Below, in pieces: positions 56,274-64,000 of a stretch of 64,000 nt of DNA. The first letter of the stretch is position 1. Each line of letters opens with the position of its first letter. The notes beneath the pieces are model-generated. The model had not been told where the DNA came from. It did not search any database and saw only the letters and a program-made list of their open reading frames with translations. The stretch comes from the human T2T-CHM13v2.0 reference genome, Homo sapiens, in the NCBI RefSeq assembly GCF_009914755.1, contig NC_060925.1; one strand, given 5' to 3'. A program made the position numbers and the translations under genes.

Positions 56274-56394
56274 GGTGGACATCTCAGACACGCTCATGTA
56301 TGTCTATGAGATGTTGGGGGCCGAGCTGCTCAGCAACCTCTATGACAAGCTGGGTCGTTTGCTCACCAGCTCAGAGGAGCCCTACTCCTGGCAG
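56274..56394 (+). CDS. IPO13: Importin-13 exon 6 (VDISDTLMY...PYSWQ)
   Basis: AG/GT boundaries; frame continuous. Confidence 0.94.
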
Positions 56395-56480
56395 GTACCT
56401 CCCAAGCCTGATTCCCTCAGCCTTCCCAGACCTGTCACACCCTCCTCCTCATCCAAGCCAGTGGCACCCTCTTTCCCCAG

Positions 56481-56628
56481 CACACAGAGGCCCTCCTCTA
56501 CGGCTTCCAATCCATCGCAGAGACCATTGACGTCAACTATTCTGATGTGGTGCCTGGGCTCATTGGCCTCATCCCACGGATCAGCATCAGCAACGTGCAG
56601 CTGGCAGACACTGTCATGTTCACCATTG
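56481..56628 (+). CDS. IPO13: Importin-13 exon 7 (HTEALLYGFQ...VMFTI)
   Basis: AG/GT boundaries; frame continuous. Confidence 0.94.
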
Positions 56629-57055
56629 GTGAGACCTGGCACACACCCATGACCATATTCCCAGAGCCACAGCACCCAACCCTGGCCACAGCCAGCATGC
56701 TGGATCCTATCCAGAATGGGAGAGCCACATGCCTACACACAATCAGTGTTGTAACAAACTGACTGTCCTGGCAGGTCTAGGGGGTCCATCTGATGGCACA
56801 CTGAGCTGCAATTCAGTGAGGCTAGTTTACCGTCAGTGAAACAGCAGTACTGGGCCTCTGTTGAGTAACCCCTTCCTGCTTCTCAGCTGTAAGGCTCATG
56901 TTTGAGCATGCACATGCATATGTCCTCTGAATGGGGCAGTACTCTGTGCTGGGGCTGCAACTTGACCCTGCCAGGAACTCTGCTTGCCTCAGAGACATGG
57001 TACAAAGCCAGCCTGGCCTGCCTCAAAGATCCTCCTGTCTCCCTCCTTCCTCCAG

Positions 57056-57237
57056 GAGCTCTGTCTGAATGGCTGGCTGACCACCCCGTCATGATCAACA
57101 GTGTTCTGCCCTTGGTACTGCATGCCCTAGGCAATCCTGAGCTGTCTGTCTCTTCTGTGTCCACCCTCAAGAAGATCTGCCGAGAGTGCAAGTATGACCT
57201 GCCTCCCTATGCTGCCAACATTGTGGCTGTGTCCCAG
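57056..57237 (+). CDS. IPO13: Importin-13 exon 8 (ALSEWLADHP...IVAVSQ)
   Basis: AG/GT boundaries; frame continuous. Confidence 0.94.
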
Positions 57238-57320
57238 GTATGCAGGGGCCCTGGATGGTGCTGGGCCTCAGAGCACACTCTGCACTGTGCTGATACTACA
57301 TTCCTTCTTTCTCCCCTCAG

Positions 57321-57347
57321 GATGTGCTGATGAAACAGATCCACAAG
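57321..57347 (+). CDS. IPO13: Importin-13 exon 9, 27-nt microexon (DVLMKQIHK)
   Basis: Strong pyrimidine tract plus cag|; AAG|GTGCGG donor; phase 0-0. Confidence 0.9.
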
Positions 57348-57539
57348 GTGCGGCTCAAAAGTTTCTAGGGGTCTCCTTGGAGGTCTTGTGGGAATCACTT
57401 ATCCCTGAAATCCTGTTTTTTGGCCTTCCCCTTCCTCTTATCCCTTATTCTCTGTTTTTCTTCTCCCAAGAGGCTCATTTTCCTTCCTACCCCACAACTA
57501 GATGTGGCCAGGACTGACCATCCATGTTCTGCCCCACAG

Positions 57540-57674
57540 ACAAGCCAGTGCATGTGGCTGATGCAGGCGCTGGGCTTCCTGCTGTCAGCTCTTCAAGTGG
57601 AGGAGATCCTTAAGAACCTGCACTCGCTTATCTCACCCTATATCCAGCAACTGGAGAAGCTGGCAGAGGAGATA
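57540..57674 (+). CDS. IPO13: Importin-13 exon 10 (TSQCMWLMQA...KLAEEI)
   Basis: AG/GT boundaries; frame continuous. Confidence 0.94.
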
Positions 57675-57824
57675 GTGAGTGAGCTCTGGGGGCCAGGGAG
57701 CGGTACTGAGATGCTGTGGCTGATGAGGGGTGAGGTTGGAGCTGGCCCTCAGAGCTGAGGCTCAGTGATCTGGGGACCAAACTGGGGCTGGGAGATCTGG
57801 AGCTTGGTTTGCTTCTCCCTGCAG

Positions 57825-57968
57825 CCCAATCCCTCCAACAAGCTGGCCATTGTTCACATCTTGGGGCTTCTCTCCAACCTCTTCACCACACTGGACATCA
57901 GTCATCATGAGGATGATCATGAAGGCCCTGAGCTTCGGAAGCTGCCAGTGCCACAGGGACCCAACCCC
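57825..57968 (+). CDS. IPO13: Importin-13 exon 11 (PNPSNKLAIV...PQGPNP)
   Basis: AG/GT boundaries; frame continuous. Confidence 0.92.
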
Positions 57969-59327
57969 GTGGGTGACATTTGCCCACGGCAAAGACATTT
58001 GTCTTTGCCATCCCCCCAACCCCCACCTGTGGGAATGTCATTGTCACTCTTCAATTCTGTGGGTAATGTTGTCATTGTTCTCCCTGCCCCGTGGGCGTGA
58101 TATATTTGGTCCTCTGACTCCATGAATGACCTATAATTGCCTCACTCTGTAGGCAGCAATGTCATTATCTCACTCAGCTCTGTGTGTGATGTTGTCCTTG
58201 TCCCCAGCCCAATTAGGGTGATGTCATTGAGATTCCTCAGCCCCATGAGGGACATTGACGTTATATCCTTCAACCCTTAAGTGATGTTATGGGCCCCTGT
58301 TCAACCCCTAGCTCTGTAGGGCCTTCTACTTCAACATTTACTGTCCCCTGTGGGCACTAAGGATGCTCATTACCTCCTCCGCATGTAATAGTTCTGGCCT
58401 TCAAGTTGCTCCCAGTGTAGAGGAAATTCAGGTTGCTCAAATTGTCACAAAGCAGTGTGATAAGTCCTGTGGTAAGCTTGGGCATAGGTTTTGGGGTGAC
58501 CACTTACAAGCTGCTTGATCTGGGGCAAGCCTCAGCTTCCCATTAAAAACTATGAACATTGAAATGTCTGGCTTACTCAATTCATAGAACTGTGCTGGAT
58601 AGTAGATGTGGTCTTAAGTGAAGGTAGTTTGCATATTGTAAAGTTCTTTACAAATATAAGGGACTGCTTTAGTCGTTGTTCCCAGAACTCCCTCCCAGAT
58701 TTCTCCAGGAGAAAAGGAAGCCATAGGCATCCTGGCCTCTCTGCTTAACTCCCCAACCCAGTTTCAGTTAGCCTCTTGGCTTTAGACCACCCCTGGGCCA
58801 CTGTCATCCCACAGAGCTGCTTCTTTACATGGTAGTCATCATCCTGCCTTTCCTCACCTCCCAGGACCTCAGTCTGCTCTCTGCTCCTCCATAAGCTGGG
58901 AGAGCAGCTTAAGCCTGCATCTGTGCATTCCTTGGGGCTCCCTACCTCAAGCCTATTTGGAGGAGATAGCATCTCCACTTCTTCAGAGGCTAGCCCATAG
59001 CCTTGGTTTTACAGAGCAGAGATAGGGAGAGATTTTTTTTTAAGTTTACAAAGTTTTTGTAACCTTATGAAGCACTTGTGATATCTCTGCTTTGCAGTTT
59101 GAGGCTTCCTTTGAGATGATCCCTAGAATTCAGGAAATACTCCTTTTTCATTCATGAGAGAGTTCAGCAAACCACTTCTTCCCCCAGGGGTCCCATGCCC
59201 TGGGTCCTCAATGTGTGTTCTGGGGTAATAGGTCTGAACTGCTCCCCTCCTCCCTGCCACCAAGTCCTCCTCAAGTGGGTCACAGTGATGGATAGCAGAA
59301 GCGCCTCACTTCTTCCTGTGCCTTCAG

Positions 59328-59408
59328 GTGGTGGTGGTGCTGCAGCAGGTCTTCCAGCTTATCCAGAAGGTGCTGAGCAAATGGTTGAATGATGCCCAGG
59401 TTGTGGAG
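59328..59408 (+). CDS. IPO13: Importin-13 exon 12 (VVVVLQQVFQ...DAQVVE)
   Basis: AG/GT boundaries; frame continuous. Confidence 0.93.
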
Positions 59409-59954
59409 GTGAGCCCTGACCCTTGCCCTCCACTCCCATAGTGACTGCTCAGAGGTGTAGCAGGGTAAGATGTTACTGCCACACTTCAGCTTACAATGGT
59501 TTGGAGAAAACAAGGGAGGTGAATCCTGCCCCATAGAGATAAGGAATCTTTTGGGAAGACATTTAGAACTCCCCAATATCATGAGAAGTGCTTAACGTAA
59601 GGACTCTAATATTAGGGTCGAGTGACAGTCAGGCATCTGTTTTAGCACCAAAGACCTGCCTTTGGTCCCTTTTCAATTCAGGTTTTTGTTGCTGTTGCTG
59701 CTCCCTGAGAGGAAATGTTAGAGATGTAAGTCGCAGGAGTTAAGTTCCACAGTTACATCCTGTGCCCCTCAGTGAAGGGCCTTTGCCCCCTGCCTTTCAG
59801 GGTGAGGGTCAGACTTGCTTACCTTCCTTGGTTTGCAGGGCCAGGCAAGGCTTATAGGTAAGGGCCCAATCGTAGGCCCCCTCTGTGCAGGGCTTCAGCG
59901 CTGTTCCAGCCAGTCATGACCTGCTGACCAGGGCCCCTTTGCTTTCTTCCCAAG

Positions 59955-60092
59955 GCGGTGTGCGCTATCTTTGAGAAGTCTGTTAAGACGCTGCTGGATG
60001 ACTTTGCCCCCATGGTGCCACAGCTGTGTGAGATGCTGGGTCGGATGTACAGCACCATCCCCCAGGCCTCTGCTCTTGACCTCACTCGACAG
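59955..60092 (+). CDS. IPO13: Importin-13 exon 13 (AVCAIFEKSV...LDLTRQ)
   Basis: AG/GT boundaries; frame continuous. Confidence 0.94.
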
Positions 60093-60244
60093 GTGGGCCT
60101 TCTGGTTGGGGCAGAGATCCTGACCCTGGGTGGGGGTGGGTCAGATGGCTGCCGTGGCTGGGGTCCCCACTTGCATTCCAGGGATATTGCCATGTCCTGG
60201 TGAGACTGGGTCTCAGCTGACCAGCATTCCCTGCTTTCTCGTAG

Positions 60245-60341
60245 CTGGTCCACATCTTTGCTCATGAGCCTGCCCACTTTCCCCCAATTGAGGCCCTCTT
60301 CCTGCTCGTCACCTCCGTCACACTCACTCTCTTCCAGCAAG
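60245..60341 (+). CDS. IPO13: Importin-13 exon 14 (LVHIFAHEPA...TLFQQ)
   Basis: AG/GT boundaries; frame continuous. Confidence 0.93.
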
Positions 60342-63300
60342 GTAGGTCCTGACCAGGGTCTCTGCTGCTGCTGCCACTGCCACTGCCTCTGCTTCCCCAA
60401 ATGGGGAGCCAAAGCTGCCCACTCTGTTCTTCTCTGTCCCCTGAGTCACACGTGGGACTTGATGGGAAACCTGTGAGATCAAGCACAACACCTTATAAAT
60501 AGTTGAAACTTTAGGTTGAAGTGGATAAGAGGGTGAATGATGTCTTCTGCTGGCCTGCTGGGCTCAGGGCCAGTCTGGATATGGAAGAAGGAAGTGGGGG
60601 TGGGAGGTGGGCAGAGGCTCTGAGGGGCTTGGGGCACTAGGCTGGCTCCTTTACTTTGGGATATAATGAAAAGTGGAAAGAGCACGGGCTTTTGAAGTCA
60701 GCTAGACCTAGATTCTAAGTTCATCACCACCAACTAGTTGTGTGTCCTTGGGCAAGTCACTTACCTTTGCTGGGCCTTCATTTCCATATCTGTGAAACGG
60801 AGATAACATATACTTGAAATGATTGTTTACAGGTATTAAAGTCACATCTTCTGGGCCCTTGGCTCAGGGGCTTTTGCACAGTGAAGTACTCAGAGACTGT
60901 TGGTTCCTTTCCCTGCATCAAGGCTTAGTACTTTCTAGGCCAGAAGTCAAGTACCTTTGGCTGTGGTCCTAGCCCTCTACTCACTGTGGCCCTTTGCCTG
61001 AGAGAGTTGGCAGCAGGGGCTTCATTCAGGCTTCTCGTGTTGTCTAATCCAGGCTTCCAGTTTGGAGAAACAAAAACAAAAAAACAGCACTGCTCAGCTA
61101 GCCTCATGAGCCTTGCCTGGATTCATGGTCACAGGTTTGAGGCTCACCAGGGGTCTCGGTTGGTGCCCAGAGTACTCGCAGCTCATATCCTCAGTGCCTG
61201 GTCTCATGATCCTGGCCTCTGTTTCTGTGGGCCATGGAGTAGGTCCAAACTGGGGAGAAAACTGAACCAGAAACCTGGTGTGGTCATCCTCAACTCCACC
61301 TCTCCCAACTCCCTGTACCCAATCTGGGACAAGCCCCATTGATCCTGACTCCTGATTCTCTCTCGGTTGGTCCACTTCTACCCACCTCCGTGGCCACTGC
61401 CTCAGTTTAGGGTCTCACCTGGATTATCAGCAACCTTCTAGTGGGTTTTCTTGGCATCTCCCCTTCTCTCCAATCTGTTCTGCACACTGCAGCTATAATC
61501 TTCATAAAAACACAAATCTGAGCATTTGTCATCCCGGGCTTAAAACCCTTTCATTGTTCCCATTGCCCTCAGCTTATTGTTCCATTCCCACCCACATGAC
61601 AAGGCTCTGGCATGCCTCTAATGTCCTCTCCTGCCAATGTCCTCATGACTCCAACATTTCAGCCACACTGCCTCTTCCTTACCGTGTCCCATTTGATCCC
61701 TGTGCCTTGCTCCTCTGACTGGAATGTCCTATGCCCTTTACTGGGTGAACTCTCACTCCTTCATGCCTTAGAAAGGAGGAAGACTGCATCACTTCTCAGA
61801 GTAATTTCTCTCTGAGGCAGAATTGGGTGCTTCTAACTGTACTGAAACTGCATCCCATACACACTGCTGACACAGCACTGATCACACACAATAATCAGCT
61901 TTCATGTCTGTCTCTCTTACTAGACTTAAGCCCCTCAAGGGTAGGGTTGAGTTTCTTCTCTCTGCATCCCCAGTGCCCAGAATGAGGCCAGAATACAGCA
62001 GGCCACAGACACTGTTAAATAAAGGAGGGGGAGGGCTCTCTGCCCTTGGAACCTTTCCTTCTCATTTTCTGGCCCACCTCTAGCAGGGTGGCTGCTGAAT
62101 ATCAAACCTGCATGGTGCACATTGGGCCTCACTTTCTAGGACTTAAATAACTCAGGGTTCAGATACCAAAGGGACAGACTTTATTGGTGACTCTTCATAG
62201 CCTAGAGAAGGAAGCAGGGCAGAGATTATCTGCTTTACAGATGGGGAAACTGAGCATTTGTGGCTTGCGCAAGATCACACAGCTACTTAGTGGTGTCTTA
62301 GGCAGATGGTTTTGTACCACATCCTCCTGAGAGTGGAGAAGCCTGGGTAGGAGCTCCAGGTGCATGCCATATTCTTGCCTCAGGAATGATCAGAACTGGA
62401 GGCAGCAGTGTCCAACATCATATACGTTGGGCTTGTTGGTTGTCTCGCTGGACAGGATGGCTCCCATACCTGTTATGCCATCCCAATCTTAGCCATTCCT
62501 TCCTCGGGCTCTGCCTTCCCACTGGACCATAGGATGACATGTTTCTTGTTTCCCTGTTTCTTGGCATGTCCAGATGATGGGAACTAGTCCTCAGCCCTGA
62601 GCTTGGCTCTCTGCAGAGTCCATGTCCATGTGGAGGAGGTTTGCTGGGGTGGGGCTCTTGTTTTTGGCCTTATGATACTGTTTCCTCCTCTGGGCCCTGC
62701 CAGTGACTTGCCAGGCCATCTCCAGAGCATGCTGGGCACTGCCCTACCTAAGCAAGAGTCCTGTGGTTTAAGTGGACTGAATAGATTATTTTCCTTTGCC
62801 AGACCAAGAGCCCTAAGGCCATTGAAGTGAGGTGGCACTTACTCAGGCTCTGATGCCCTGGCCTTTCTAGGGCCCTCAGATAAACCTCAAAAGGAGATAC
62901 CAAGGACTGACTCCCCCACCCCCCCACCGCCATCCCAGCTTTCCTCTTCAATGACTGGCTGATGGGAGGTATGTGCTAGGAGCAGTGTAGGGCTACCCCA
63001 ACCTGCCAGAGGCCACAGTAAGTGTGGTGGCCGTTTCTTCAGCTATATGGAGTCCAGAATTGCTCAAGTACCAAGGGAACATGAGGGGATGGCCTGAGGA
63101 GGAGTGGGGAGTAGGCGGAAGGCCCCTTGGAGGGAGCTGGGGCAGGCCCGTCCTTCACTTTGCCGTCTCTTTCTGTTGGGCTTCTCCCAGTTCATGGTTT
63201 TTGTATGTTTTGTTTCTTTATCTTGCTTCCTGCTGCTCATGTGCCCCCACGCTGTCTCCCTGCAGGCTCTCAGTCCCACATAACTATATGAGGTTGAGTT

Positions 63301-63347
63301 GCTGTTTGTATAATTTTTTCTTAAGTTCCATCTTTATTATATTTTAG

Positions 63348-63400
63348 GGCCCAGGGATCATCCTGATATTGTTGATTCATTTATGCAACTCCTGGCACAG
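63348..63400 (+). CDS. IPO13: Importin-13 exon 15 (GPRDHPDIVDSFMQLLAQ); the gene continues beyond the window
   Basis: ttttag| acceptor and CAG|GTGTGT donor; restores phase 0 after 2397 coding nt (799 aa). Confidence 0.9.
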
Positions 63401-64000
63401 GTGTGTTTTAGTTTTATTCATTCACGTTCTGTTCTCTCTCTTTCTCTTTCTCTTATGTTGAAATTCAATTTAAGCCTATTTTTAGCTTTCTGTTGACAAA
63501 TTTTTTTTCTGTTCAGTTGAATAGAGTTTCTTCATCTGTTTCCGTGGAAGTTGACAACCCAACATCCTCCTTTAGTGCCCCTATGCCTCACTAGCTCAGT
63601 CTTCTACAAAGACCAGGGAGAGGCTGATCCCAAACGGAGGGAGCTGGGCTGGCATCGGGTGGGGAATGGGAAAGGGAGGGGGTGGTGACTGCGCCCAGCA
63701 GCTTCTTGTTGCCCAAGAAGTTCACGTGTAGGGCTGGAGTTGAAGGGTCTGGGGTACACTGTCCCCGTGCTCCTGCCGGGAACTGCCTGCCTCAGTGCCC
63801 CCAGCCTGCTCCTGAGAGGTAGGCTGGGAGCAGCTCCAAAGCGAGGGGCTGAAGAGGAATGTGCGCGGTGGAGCCCAGAGTTGGGCTGTTGGAGAGGTTG
63901 AGCTGCTGCTAGGAGGTGGAGTGCAGGCTCCATGCTAGGATGTGTTTGCATTTTGTATGTGTTTCAGTGTGTGAGACCTTATTTTGTATGTTTTGAGTTT

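Overview
Primate (almost certainly human, 1p34.1) genomic DNA with three + strand genes in tandem. (1) The 3' end of ST3GAL3: three coding exons at 19469-19615, 19847-19993 and 29209-29298, with a poly(A) signal at 30219. (2) The complete ARTN (artemin, GDNF family) gene at about 32.4-36.3 kb, encoding a 220-aa prepro-protein. (3) The CpG-island promoter and first 15 coding exons of IPO13 (importin-13; 799 codons, continuing past the window). Introns and intergenic DNA are rich in Alu, MIR/L2, old L1, MER5, MER53 and MLT1 elements. They also hold a 2.3-kb CT-rich minisatellite, a 28-nt palindromic TA-rich array and a (TA)n-like tract. Gene and repeat identities come from recognising the sequences; no database was searched, and repeat boundaries are approximate. 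No new gene system is established. The best leads are all hypotheses: a well-formed phase-0 splice acceptor that would splice the minisatellite ORF in frame onto ST3GAL3, with poly(A) signals just downstream; a stop-free 294-nt two-exon circRNA candidate flanked by inverted Alus; uORFs and a +4 tandem splice donor in ARTN; and a MER53 hairpin element broken up by five Alus.
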